Source of the DNA: Basidiobolus meristosporus CBS 931.73
Lineage: Eukaryota; Fungi; Basidiobolomycota
DNA: 64,000 nucleotides
Direction of reading: 5' to 3'
Assembly (NCBI GenBank): GCA_002104905.1
Contig: MCFE01000285.1
Location: forward strand, 39,142-103,141
The notes below the pieces were generated by a model. It worked only from the letters and a program-made list of their open reading frames with translations, searched no databases and was not told where the DNA came from. Position numbers and translations under genes: made by a program. Of the stretch, positions 49,986-61,325 are shown piece after piece; the stretch's first letter is position 1, and every line of letters starts with the position of its first letter.

Positions 49986-51605
49986 TCAACACTCAATGGC
50001 ATCAAACTTCCGGAAGATCCAGTAGAAGATGACAGTCATGACTCCCATCAGTCCGGTTTGGATGCCGAACACATACACAAAGTTGGGGTCGTTGCTCCAC
50101 ACTGCAAGGATCAGGCCAATCAGACTGCCACCACAGTTGGTGAACAGGAAAAGAGAGGTCACCACCGACTTGAGCTCGGGGGCGGCTTGTCGGAAGGCGA
50201 ACTCCAGACCGGTGACTGAGGCGAAGATCTCGGAGATGGAGATTCCAATGAACGGGATCACTTGCCACCAGATGGAGATGTCGTTGACTGGTTGCTCACC
50301 CTCGGGCAGGCCACTCAAATCGGTGAAGTTGTAGTAGGGGCCGGTCTTGTAGACCTGTGCTTGGAGAACGGTGACATAGACAAAGGCAAGTGTGGCAATT
50401 GTGAACCCGATGGTGATGCGTGTGATGGGGCCAAGACGGCAGCCCATTCTTCTCAGCAATGGGAAGACAGCCGTGTCAAAGATAGGGATGGCAATTACCA
50501 GGACAAGGCTGTTGACCAGGTTCAGCTGCTCGGGCCCACTGATGAACGATGGTCTTTGCATCGTCAGTCCCATGTTGATGAAGTTGTCGGACATGTTGTA
50601 GTACAGAGCCCAGTAGAAGGGATAGAACAGGAACACCAAGCAAGCGCGCAGGGTTTTCTTGAGATCCTCGATGAACTGATCGTCCCACTCAAAGCCATCC
50701 ACCTTGGCGTAGTCCAACCAGTGCTCAATGGGCCCATTGGTCTTGGCATTGTCCAACGGGGCCTTGCGATGGGACAGAGCATACTTGATGCAGGAGTATG
50801 TCTTCGAGAGGACAGTGCCGGATGGAGGCTTGACATAGTACAGCTTTTTGGCGGACACGAAGATCACGAGGCCAATCACGAACATGATCGCTGGCAGCGA
50901 GTAGGCCAAGGGATAGGATCCGTAGTCGTTGGCAACGATGGGACAGATGAACTGGCCCAGCAAGGCGCCACAGTTGATGGCCCAGTAGAAGAAGCGGAAG
51001 ATGCGCTCAACGGTGAGCTGTGAGTCGGTGTAGACACCAGGGGTCTTGGTCGGGAAGATCCCTTCCTTGATCTGCTCAGCGGCAAAGGAGGAAACATTGG
51101 ACTTGATGCCGCCGGTACCAAAGGAGATGAAGACATACAGGGCAATCACGAAGCCGATCACACCGAAGCTTCCATCCAGAGAGGCTGGGAGGGAACTGAC
51201 TGCCAGGAACACCAATCCCACCATGTAGAAGAGGGAGAATATGACGATGGTCTTGAACTTTCCGATGTAGCGGTCAGCAACGACGGCACCAAGAATAGTG
51301 GTGCAATAGGCCAGAAACTGGAAGCCTCTGTTCACGGCGGTGGCAGTGCTCTTGTTGAAGCCAAGAACCTTGAGCATGTAGGGTTGGAACAGAAGGGAGG
51401 CACCGTAGAAGGCAAAGCGCTCGCACAGCTCGGTGATGATGATGAACCAGGCCGCGAGGGGGACCTTTCCAGCAACGCGTAGCTTGATGTCATCGGAGTT
51501 GGGAGGATCATCTTGTGCAGCATCGATGTGCTCCACTTGGGTAGACTTTTCGAAGGGTTTTTCTTCGCTCATAGTTGTTGTGGGGAATTTCTGAGGAAAC
51601 AGCAT
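49986..51605 (-). CDS. PTR2: POT/PTR transporter, copy 2
   Basis: Differs from copy 1 by 1 aa. Confidence 0.96.
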   Translation of the reverse strand: MLFPQKFPTTTMSEEKPFEKSTQVEHIDAAQDDPPNSDDIKLRVAGKVPLAAWFIIITELCERFAFYGASLLFQPYMLKVLGFNKSTATAVNRGFQFLAYCTTILGAVVADRYIGKFKTIVIFSLFYMVGLVFLAVSSLPASLDGSFGVIGFVIALYVFISFGTGGIKSNVSSFAAEQIKEGIFPTKTPGVYTDSQLTVERIFRFFYWAINCGALLGQFICPIVANDYGSYPLAYSLPAIMFVIGLVIFVSAKKLYYVKPPSGTVLSKTYSCIKYALSHRKAPLDNAKTNGPIEHWLDYAKVDGFEWDDQFIEDLKKTLRACLVFLFYPFYWALYYNMSDNFINMGLTMQRPSFISGPEQLNLVNSLVLVIAIPIFDTAVFPLLRRMGCRLGPITRITIGFTIATLAFVYVTVLQAQVYKTGPYYNFTDLSGLPEGEQPVNDISIWWQVIPFIGISISEIFASVTGLEFAFRQAAPELKSVVTSLFLFTNCGGSLIGLILAVWSNDPNFVYVFGIQTGLMGVMTVIFYWIFRKFDAIEC

Positions 51606-52422
51606 GGAGGATGAGGTAGCTTTTATTAGTTGTCAGCCAAGCTTAATTCAACCAAGTGACAGATTTGAGAATATTGACAGATAGGGATATAGCCAATTTA
51701 GGTAGTTGACCCACTGTTTTATTTCAAGCACAATCCAGTCAATTATACTTAAATAGGTAGCTCTTTCAGAAGGGTAGTTAACCTGAATTAATTTTTAGTC
51801 ATCTGTTTACTTATCAAGATTTGCCAATCATTTAACCTTTTATGTACTGAGTATTTGCCTAGAGTAATTATCGGTTTGAGATCTTGGCCATATTCCAATA
51901 CTGACCCCTAACCCCATCCAAATACAGATAACAACCAATCATGCCCTCTAGGCAACGACATTGGAAAGCTTTGATAGTTGTTTTGTAAGCACACGGGGCA
52001 AGGTCAAATTAGCAGCAATATTACCCAGTAGCTTGGCTATGGAGCTTATTGTAAATGATTGGTAGTACTTCAAATCCAGTGATTTCCTTTCTAGTTTTAT
52101 AACTAAAGGCTAATTGACTGTTACTCTAAAGATATAAAAGTCACTCTCTCACTACATATGTAGCTTAACCATATTGTACATCTCTCCAAGCTTGGTCGAA
52201 TGGATGACTGCATTATCAATAAATCAGTGAATGTAATGCCCACTTCCATATGCTCGGAATTAATTGCTTATCATGTGGAGGGAGATTCTCTTCTGGAATA
52301 GCAGACAGCATTATTACTCTGTTGGGTTGGTTACTTTCCCTGCATTGTCGTATCACCTCGAGCCCTTTATATTTGGTGGCCTTCGTTCTTCAGGCAGTAG
52401 GTACGGCACTATTGGTGCAACT

Positions 52423-53599
52423 ATGGCGAAGCTAATCACCTTTTTCATTGCAGTTGCTATCGTTCACTCAACCGTTGGTGCCGTTCTTCCTCGTGGAAAC
52501 GAAGTTTATATACTTCCGATTCGTCGTTCATTTGCCCCTGCGTCCAGTATATCGCGTAGAGGTGTGTATATTAGAACAGTAGGAAGCATCCCGGCTCAAA
52601 GCAATGTGGTTCATGTAATTACTTTTTTCATTCCACTATATCGTCGATTCTGAATAGTAATGAAGCATACCTATATATACACAGTATACCGCCTCCATTG
52701 GGATCGGAACTCCACCTACTTCCTATGATCTTCTGATCGATACCAATTCTGCCAATACATGGGTAGGAGCACAGAAGGCCTACGTTCATACCAGCACCTC
52801 CACTCAGACTGCAGATTCGGTTTCCGTCACTTATGGAAGTGGTTCATTCTCGGGAACCGAGTTCAGCGATACGGTGACGATTTCGCCTGGATTGGTGGTT
52901 CAATCTCAATCAATTGGGGTAGCTTCCTCATCTCAAGGGTTTACCGACTGCAACGGGATACTTGGTTTAGGTCCAGTTGATCTAACCCTTGGCACGTTAT
53001 CTCCCAGCACTGGCTCCACAGTCCCTACCGTTGTGGACAACCTGTTTTCACAAGGTACAATCCCTAGCAATGTTTTTAGCCTCTCATTTGAGCCATCTAC
53101 TTCGCTGACTTCCACGAATGGTGAGATTACGTTTGGTGGCACGGATTCAACCAAATACACTGGCAGCATTGCTTATGCTCCTATCACTGCAACATCTCCG
53201 GCAAGGGATTTTTGGGGTGTTGACGGGTCCTTCCGATATGGTGCTTCTGAGCCTACATTGTCAACTACTGCCGGATCCGTTGATTCGGGCACAGCATTAC
53301 TCTTACTGCCAACAGATGCATTCCAAAAATACTTGAAAGCAACAGGAGCGGTGATTGATAAAGCTACTGGGTTGCCCAAGCTTACTTCAGCCCAATTCGC
53401 CAAACTGAAGTCGCTTTTCATTACCATTGGAGGCACTACACTAGAGCTCACTGCAAATGCCTGCATATTTCCTCGGGCATTAAACACTCAAATCGGTGGA
53501 GAGGCTGGGGGTATCTATCTTGCATTTGGTGATTTAGGTTCGAACTCAGGTGCCGGTTTAGATTTCGTTTTGGGGCTGACGTTCCTGGAGAGGAAATAA
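52423..53599 (+). pseudogene. Secreted A1 aspartic protease, copy 1, C-terminally truncated
   Basis: Signal peptide; intron 52615-52684; LLIDTNSANTW and VDSGTALL; ends FLERK* where copy 2 continues for 25 aa. Confidence 0.85.
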
Positions 53600-54304
53600 T
53601 AATGAAGCTCAGTTTTGATATGGTAACGAGAAGAGTATTTAAGGGTATTTCGTTCTCCCTGGCATAGAGAAGCACACAATCATACCCTTCGACACCCATG
53701 CATACATATTGTTGTGAGTTTGAAGTAGCACAGCATATTTAGTTGAACAGCAACATTCTCGTAATGAGATCTGGGTGGAATAGAAGTTGAACATCAAAAA
53801 ATAGTTGTAGTGAAGGTCAGTAGGCTATTCGGTATATGCAACGGTAGCCTAAACTTCACATCATTTCTCAAATGCTCAGCAAGATTGGTAAATACCGTTA
53901 GAATTATAACTCAGTTATAGTGAATAATATTCAAGTAATACAAAGTTATGATACAAGTGCTACATATTTGCGGAACTGACCGCTTTCCTACGCTCATATG
54001 CTGCGAATATGTTAACACAAATCTTATAAAACTTGAGTTGACAGTCAGTGTTACACTTGGCAATAAAAAGCGAAGAGTATGAGCATTGACACGTATTATT
54101 CGTCTGTACATCACCGATAGTTAGATAAAGATTCAAAAATTTACGAGCTGCGACTGCTTGCTACAGAGCTCCAAAGCTTTTGAAATTATGAGTTAGTCCA
54201 ATATACCACGCTTATTGGTTTACAAATTATATGCATCCGCATTTATTTTTACATCCTATTTATACTAATTTTACAATCAGGTAGATACCTTCTGGCACCT
54301 CCTA

Positions 54305-55924
54305 TCAACACTCAATGGTATCAAACTTCCGGAAGATCCAGTAGAAGATGACAGTCATGACTCCCATCAGTCCGGTTTGGATGCCGAACACATACACAAA
54401 GTTGGGGTCGTTGCTCCACACTGCAAGGATCAGGCCAATCAGACTGCCACCACAGTTGGTGAACAGGAAAAGAGAAGTCACCACCGACTTGAGCTCGGGG
54501 GCGGCTTGTCGGAAGGCGAACTCCAGGCCGGTGACTGAGGCGAAGATCTCGGAGATGGAGATTCCAATGAACGGGATCACTTGCCACCAGATGGAGATGT
54601 CGTTGACTGGTTGTTCACCCTCGGGCAGGCCACTCAAATCGGTGAAGTTGTAGTAGGGGCCGGTCTTGTAGACCTGTGCTTGGAGAACGGTGACATAGAC
54701 AAAGGCAAGCGTGGCAATTGTGAACCCGATGGTGATGCGTGTGATGGGACCAAGACGGCAGCCCATTCTTCTCAGCAATGGGAAGATGGCCGTGTCAAAG
54801 ATAGGGATGGCAATTACCAGGACAAGGCTGTTGACCAGGTTCAGCTGCTCGGGCCCACTGATGAACGATGGTCTTTGCATCGTCAGTCCCATGTTGATGA
54901 AGTTGTCGGACATGTTGTAGTACAGAGCCCAGTAGAAGGGATAGAACAGGAAGACCAAGCAAGCGCGCAGGGTTTTCTTGAGATCCTCGATGAACTGATC
55001 GTCCCACTCAAAGCCATCCACCTTGGCGTAGTCCAGCCAGTGCTCAATGGGCCCATTGGTCTTGGCATTGTCCAACGGGGCCTTGCGATGGGACAGAGCA
55101 TACTTGATGCAGGAGTATGTCTTCGAGAGGACAGTGCCGGATGGAGGCTTGACATAGTACAGCTTTTTGGCGGACACGAAGATCACGAGGCCAATCACGA
55201 ACATGATCGCTGGCAGCGAGTAGGCCAGGGGATAGGATCCGTAGTCGTTGGCAACGATGGGACAGATGAACTGGCCCAGCAAGGCGCCGCAGTTGATGGC
55301 CCAGTAGAAGAAGCGGAAGATGCGCTCAACGGTGAGCTGTGAGTCGGTGTAGACGCCAGGGGTCTTGGTCGGGAAGATTCCTTCCTTGATCTGCTCAGCG
55401 GCAAAGGAGGAAACATTGGACTTGATGCCGCCGGTGCCGAAGGAGATGAAGACATACAGGGCAATCACGAAGCCGATCACACCGAAGCTTCCGTCCAGAG
55501 AGGCTGGGAGGGAGCTGACTGCCAGGAACACCAATCCCACCATGTAGAAGAGGGAGAATATGACGATGGTCTTGAACTTTCCGATGTAGCGGTCAGCAAC
55601 GACGGCACCAAGAATAGTGGTGCAATAGGCCAGAAACTGGAAGCCTCTGTTCACGGCGGTGGCAGTGCTCTTGTTGAAGCCAAGAACCTTGAGCATGTAG
55701 GGCTGGAACAGAAGGGAGGCACCGTAGAAGGCAAAGCGCTCGCACAGCTCGGTGATGATGATGAACCAGGCCGCGAGGGGGACCTTTCCAGCAACGCGTA
55801 GCTTGATGTCATCGGAGTTGGGAGGATCATCTTGTGCAGCATCGATGTGCTCCACTTGGGTAGACTTTTCGAAGGGCTTTTCTTCGCTCATAGTTGTTGT
55901 GGGGAATTTCTGAGGAAACAGCAT
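54305..55924 (-). CDS. PTR2: POT/PTR transporter, copy 3
   Basis: Differs from copy 1 by 1 aa. Confidence 0.96.
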   Translation of the reverse strand: MLFPQKFPTTTMSEEKPFEKSTQVEHIDAAQDDPPNSDDIKLRVAGKVPLAAWFIIITELCERFAFYGASLLFQPYMLKVLGFNKSTATAVNRGFQFLAYCTTILGAVVADRYIGKFKTIVIFSLFYMVGLVFLAVSSLPASLDGSFGVIGFVIALYVFISFGTGGIKSNVSSFAAEQIKEGIFPTKTPGVYTDSQLTVERIFRFFYWAINCGALLGQFICPIVANDYGSYPLAYSLPAIMFVIGLVIFVSAKKLYYVKPPSGTVLSKTYSCIKYALSHRKAPLDNAKTNGPIEHWLDYAKVDGFEWDDQFIEDLKKTLRACLVFLFYPFYWALYYNMSDNFINMGLTMQRPSFISGPEQLNLVNSLVLVIAIPIFDTAIFPLLRRMGCRLGPITRITIGFTIATLAFVYVTVLQAQVYKTGPYYNFTDLSGLPEGEQPVNDISIWWQVIPFIGISISEIFASVTGLEFAFRQAAPELKSVVTSLFLFTNCGGSLIGLILAVWSNDPNFVYVFGIQTGLMGVMTVIFYWIFRKFDTIEC

Positions 55925-56990
55925 GGAGGATGAGGCAGCTTTTATTAGTTGTCAGCCAAGCTTAATTCAACCAAGTGACAGATTGAGAATATTGACAGAT
56001 AGGAATGTAGCCAATTCAGGCAGCAGAATCACGGGATTATTTGCAACGAAATCCGGTCAATTATACTTGATTCATCCATAAAGTAGGATTGATAAGCCTT
56101 TATAGTTAACCTGACGAGTTGTATCAAATCAAGATTGGAGAGAGATGCCAGACATGATTACCAAATATGTACTCAGGGTTTTTCTTATCCATTGTGATAG
56201 ATTACAGCCCAACACTACAAATTGACATTTCGTGATTTCCTATTCGGTCCAATGCTGACACCTCCAGATATTGGGTACGTCCTTTATCATTAAGCAGCTC
56301 TTCCAGATGGTTGTGGATATCATTATTACAGATTGAGTAGCATATTAATATGCGCTACCAATAAAGTTGCTCAATTAATAGTATAAAAGGCCAACCCTGA
56401 CCACCACATATCTCATTAAGCTGTAGATCATCTTTATTTGATGCTTCCCTATCAGCAAGAAATCATTTCCATACATAACTGAAGTACACTTTTTTTGTCC
56501 GTCTCAATAGTATATATCATATTTCTGTGCGTTTGTGCACTGTAAGTTGAATTATATAGTGTGCAAGGTAATCAAAAAGTAGAGCGTTTTTGTAGTCAAG
56601 CAGAATGCTAAACATACATCATAAAGGAGTCTATTGCGCGAGGTATAGTTCAATACTACATAGTATCGATTATCAGCCATAGATGAGATGGTACACAAGT
56701 ATTGCTCAACATGGTAAACAACTCTGAAGTGATGGTACATTATCTTGGCTGGCCCATCAGGGATTTCTTCTGCTTTGCTACAAAGAATGGATAACTAGTG
56801 AAATTGCTATATGTAATGATAGCCAAATCTGATCGAAAACACCTCTATTGGATACAATAGTTGAGTAGCTTCAAAATAATCTATTGCTGATATCATGCTA
56901 TTTTATATGCACAAGTGCTGCTTGTCAATGTGCCAAGATTTCACCGTCAATATTGCGCAAACATAGAGTCATGAAGTAAGCATGAATGGA

Positions 56991-57165
56991 AGGATCATCT
57001 TGTGCAGCATCGATGTGCTCCATTTGGTTAGACTTTTCGAAGGGTTTTTCTTCGCTCATAGTTGTTGTGGGGAATTTCTAAGGGAACAACATGGAGGATG
57101 AGGCAGCTTTTGTTTGTTCTCAGCCAAACTTAATTCAACCAAGTGACAGATTTGGCAAGATTGAC
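56991..57165 (-). pseudogene. 5' remnant of a fifth POT gene
   Basis: Matches the first ~34 codons and proximal upstream sequence of the POT genes; codon 5 is TAG (57078-57080). Confidence 0.9.
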
Positions 57166-57828
57166 ATATATAAATATAGCCACTTACGGAAAGAAGATTT
57201 TTTAGCTGCACGATTGACCATTAAACTTGATTGGGAAGTACATCGAGATATACACCAAAATACGTGATTGCGATCAGCTGGTATTGTGGATAACTCTCTG
57301 CTATATGGAATGACAACAGGAGTGTTGATAGCCATTACCAAAGACAGACCATTGAAAATAGCCAGATATGGGTGGCCGTTGTGATAGTTGACTATTCTCC
57401 AGAGGCGAGCCTGATGATAGCAGGAAGTAATATTCGTCCTTATATATTCTATTTAGCATATAGTATTTACGTGTTAGTGCACCAGAAGGGTTTGCTTTGC
57501 TCGTAAAGTTGAGTTTTATTGATTATCAGATGGTTCAATAGTAGAGTGTCAATATGAAGTTACCAATGTGCAGGAAATGGGAAAGTATGGCTCACTACAC
57601 GACTGCTAATGCTCCAGAAGTTAAACAAACTATATATTTCAATGCATAATTCAACTCGAAATGAAAAGTCACACAGTCAATAGATCGCTTTGCTCAATAC
57701 CAATATCGTTGGACAACTAGAGTTGTTCAACACTGAAATTGCGGAACGGTTTGATATGGTGATAAGATTAGAAATCTGCAATTAATTCTAATAAATCCGA
57801 AACTTTGCTGTTGTCCTTTACTCACAAC

Positions 57829-58293
57829 ATGCTGAGGGTCGAGAGAACAGACAGTAACGGTAAAGGCTTCAAACAATTGATAGCTGCCTTAGACGAGTAT
57901 CTAGCCATCGCTGATGGACATTTAAGTGAGGAGGAGCGAAATGCCTATGTGGAGCTAAATACTATCGAATACATAGACACAGTAGTTATGGCATACGATG
58001 ATGAGGAGCCCGTTGGCTGCGTCTGTTTCCGACCATATGATGCTCAAAAGGCCGAACTAAAAAGAATGTTTGTCGCCCCTGAAAAGAGGAAGTTGGGCGT
58101 TGCTTCGGCCGTAATCGCTGAATCGGAAAACTGGATCAAAGAATTAAACTTCAAGGAGATTATACTGGAAACTGGCCAGAACATGCAAGCAGCAATCAAC
58201 TTTTACACAAAGCAGGGATATGAACCTACTGACAGATATGGGGTATATGTTAATGCTCCGAACAGTGTTTGTATGAAGAAAGAGATTAAATAA
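57829..58293 (+). CDS. GNAT-family N-acetyltransferase, intronless, bacterial type (154 aa)
   Basis: PVGCVCFR, AELKRMFVAPEKRKLGVAS (motif A), ILETGQNMQAAINFYTKQGY (motif B), YG.Y...NSVCMKK C-terminus. Confidence 0.9.
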   Translation: MLRVERTDSNGKGFKQLIAALDEYLAIADGHLSEEERNAYVELNTIEYIDTVVMAYDDEEPVGCVCFRPYDAQKAELKRMFVAPEKRKLGVASAVIAESENWIKELNFKEIILETGQNMQAAINFYTKQGYEPTDRYGVYVNAPNSVCMKKEIK

Positions 58294-58889
58294 AGGTTGT
58301 GATATACTGATCTACAAATATAAGCCCTTAAGCCCTGTTATCATGGTAGACGTATTTATTTCGCGTGTAAAAAACCTTTCGTAAGAAAGGAATCGTTGAA
58401 TGTTTATGGGAATTAAGCAAGAACGATAGCATCTTTATGGTAAGTAAATAGGTGACCAATATCATGGAAATTATACCGAATTTTCGAGGTTCCTTATTAC
58501 TGCTTATTTCTTGAGATTGCCATATTGAAGTTGTGGTCCTGGAATCAATTAATTCCTATATTTTAGTTTTCTCTCTAGTAGACCAAAACCATCCTTGGTT
58601 TTACAAAGCTCAGAGAATTTAACAAATAAACCACCCAATCGTGTTGAGCAACGCAGTGGAAAGTAGCTATTTATTAGAGGTATATGTTGAAATCTAATAT
58701 ACATATATAATATATTTGCACTCAACTCTGCTACATACTGCTGAAATATTCAAAGCACATCCCTGAAATTCTGAATGCCAGCGATATTACCAAGTAAATA
58801 CTCACGAATAATTGAAACGCTATTGCTTTTATTTTACATCCTATGTATACTAATGTTACAATCAGGTGAACACCTTCTGGCACTTCCTA

Positions 58890-60509
58890 TCAACACTCGA
58901 TGGCATCAAACTTCCGGAAGATCCAGTAGAAGATGACAGTCATGACTCCCATCAGTCCGGTTTGGATGCCGAACACGTACACAAAGTTGGGGTCGTTGCT
59001 CCACACTGCAAGGATCAGGCCAATCAGACTACCGCCACAGTTGGTGAACAGGAAAAGAGAGGTCACCACCGACTTGAGCTCGGGGGCGGCTTGTCGGAAG
59101 GCAAACTCCAGACCGGTGACTGAGGCGAAGATCTCGGAGATGGAGATTCCAATGAACGGGATCACTTGCCACCAGATGGAGATGTCGTTGACTGGTTGCT
59201 CACCCTCGGGCAGGCCACTCAAATCGGTGAAGTTGTAGTAGGGACCGGTCTTGTAGACCTGTGCTTGGAGAACGGTGACATAGACAAAGGCAAGTGTGGC
59301 AATTGTGAACCCGATGGTGATGCGTGTGATGGGACCAAGACGGCAGCCCATTCTTCTCAGCAATGGGAAGATGGCCGTGTCAAAGATAGGGATGGCAACT
59401 ACCAGGACAAGGCTGTTGACCAGGTTCAGCTGCTCGGGCCCACTGATGAACGATGGTCTTTGCATCGTCAGTCCCATGTTGATGAAGTTGTCGGACATGT
59501 TGTAGTACAGAGCCCAGTAGAAGGGATAGAACAGGAAGACCAAGCAAGCGCGCAGGGTTTTCTTGAGATCCTCGATGAACTGATCGTCCCACTCAAAGCC
59601 ATCCACCTTGGCGTAGTCCAACCAGTGCTCGATAGGCCCATTGGTCTTGGCATTGTCCAACGGGGTCTTGCGATGGGACAGAGCATACTTGATGCAGGAG
59701 TAGGTCTTCGAGAGGACAGTGCCGGATGGAGGCTTGACATAGTACAGCTTTTTGGCGGACACGAAGATCACGAGGCCAATCACGAACATGATCGCTGGCA
59801 GTGAGTAGGCCAGGGGATAGGATCCGTAGTCGTTGGCAACGATGGGACAGATGAACTGGCCCAACAAGGCGCCACAGTTGATGGCCCAGTAGAAGAAGCG
59901 GAAGATGCGCTCAACGGTGAGCTGCGAGTCGGTGTAGACACCAGGGGTCTTGGTCGGGAAGATTCCTTCCTTGATCTGCTCAGCGGCAAAGGAGGAAACA
60001 TTGGACTTGATGCCGCCGGTGCCGAAGGAGATGAAGACATACAGGGCAATCACGAAGCCGATCACACCGAAGCTTCCATCCAGAGAGGCTGGGAGGGAGC
60101 TGACTGCCAGGAACACCAAGCCCACCATGTAGAAGAGGGAGAATATGACGATGGTCTTGAACTTTCCGATGTAGCGGTCAGCAACGACGGCACCAAGAAT
60201 AGTGGTGCAATAGGCCAGAAACTGGAAGCCTCTGTTCACGGCGGTGGCAGTGCTCTTGTTGAAGCCAAGAACCTTGAGCATGTAGGGCTGGAACAGAAGC
60301 GAGGCACCGTAGAAGGCAAAGCGCTCGCACAGCTCGGTGATGATGATGAACCAGGCCGCGAGGGGGACCTTTCCAGCAACGCGTAGCTTGATGTCATCGG
60401 AGTTGGGAGGATTATCTTGTGCAGCATCGATGTGCTCCACTTGGGTAGACTTTTCGAAGGGTTTTTCTTCGCTCATAGTTGTTGTGGGGAATTTCTGAGG
60501 AAACAGCAT
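58890..60509 (-). CDS. PTR2: POT/PTR transporter, copy 4
   Basis: Differs from copy 1 by about 5 aa. Confidence 0.96.
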   Translation of the reverse strand: MLFPQKFPTTTMSEEKPFEKSTQVEHIDAAQDNPPNSDDIKLRVAGKVPLAAWFIIITELCERFAFYGASLLFQPYMLKVLGFNKSTATAVNRGFQFLAYCTTILGAVVADRYIGKFKTIVIFSLFYMVGLVFLAVSSLPASLDGSFGVIGFVIALYVFISFGTGGIKSNVSSFAAEQIKEGIFPTKTPGVYTDSQLTVERIFRFFYWAINCGALLGQFICPIVANDYGSYPLAYSLPAIMFVIGLVIFVSAKKLYYVKPPSGTVLSKTYSCIKYALSHRKTPLDNAKTNGPIEHWLDYAKVDGFEWDDQFIEDLKKTLRACLVFLFYPFYWALYYNMSDNFINMGLTMQRPSFISGPEQLNLVNSLVLVVAIPIFDTAIFPLLRRMGCRLGPITRITIGFTIATLAFVYVTVLQAQVYKTGPYYNFTDLSGLPEGEQPVNDISIWWQVIPFIGISISEIFASVTGLEFAFRQAAPELKSVVTSLFLFTNCGGSLIGLILAVWSNDPNFVYVFGIQTGLMGVMTVIFYWIFRKFDAIEC

Positions 60510-61325
60510 GGAGGATGAGGCAGCTTTTATTAGTTCTCAGCCAAGCTTAATTCAACCAAGTGACAGATTTGAGAATATTGACAGATAGGGATATAGCCAA
60601 TTTAGGTAGTTGACCCACTGATTTATTTCAAGCAAAATCCAATCAATTATACTTAAATAGGTAGCTCTTTCAGAAGATAGTTAACCTGAATCAATTTTTA
60701 GTCATCTGTTTACTTATCAAGATTTGCCAATCATTTAACCTTTTATGTACTGAGCATTTGCCTAGAGTAATTATCGGTTTGAGATCTTGGCCATATTCCA
60801 ATCCTGACCCCTAACCCCATCCAAATACAGATAACAACCAATCATGCCCTCTAGGCAACGACATCGGAAAGCTTTGATAGTTGTTTTGTAAGCACACGGG
60901 GCAAGGCCAAATTAGCAGCAATATTACCCAGCAGCTTGGCCATGGAGCTTATTGTAAGTAATTGGTGGTACTTCAAATCCAGTGATTTCTATTCTAATTT
61001 TATAACTAAAGGCTAATTGACTGCTACTCTAAAGATATAAAAGTCACTCTCTCACTACATATGTAGCTTAACCATATTGTACATCTCTCCAAGCTTGGTC
61101 GGAAGGATAAGTGCATTATTATATATATTATTAATGTAACATCCACTCCCATATGCTCGGAATTAATTGCTTATTATGTGGAGGGAAATTCTCTTCTGGA
61201 ATAGCACGCGGCATTATTACTTTGTTGGGCTGGCTGCTTCCCCTGCATTTTCGTATCACTCCGAGCCCTTTATATTTGGCGGCCTTCGTTCTTCAGGCGG
61301 TAAGTACGGCACTATTGGAGCAACT

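Noticed and set aside
51606-52422. GATAA motifs as nitrogen-regulation sites in the POT/protease promoter
   Set aside because: About five seen, close to chance for AT-rich DNA; needs a formal enrichment test.
46985-59804. Long plus-strand ORFs (212-253 aa) overlapping each POT gene
   Set aside because: Antisense shadows of a GC3-rich coding strand; end points vary between copies and no domain is recognisable.
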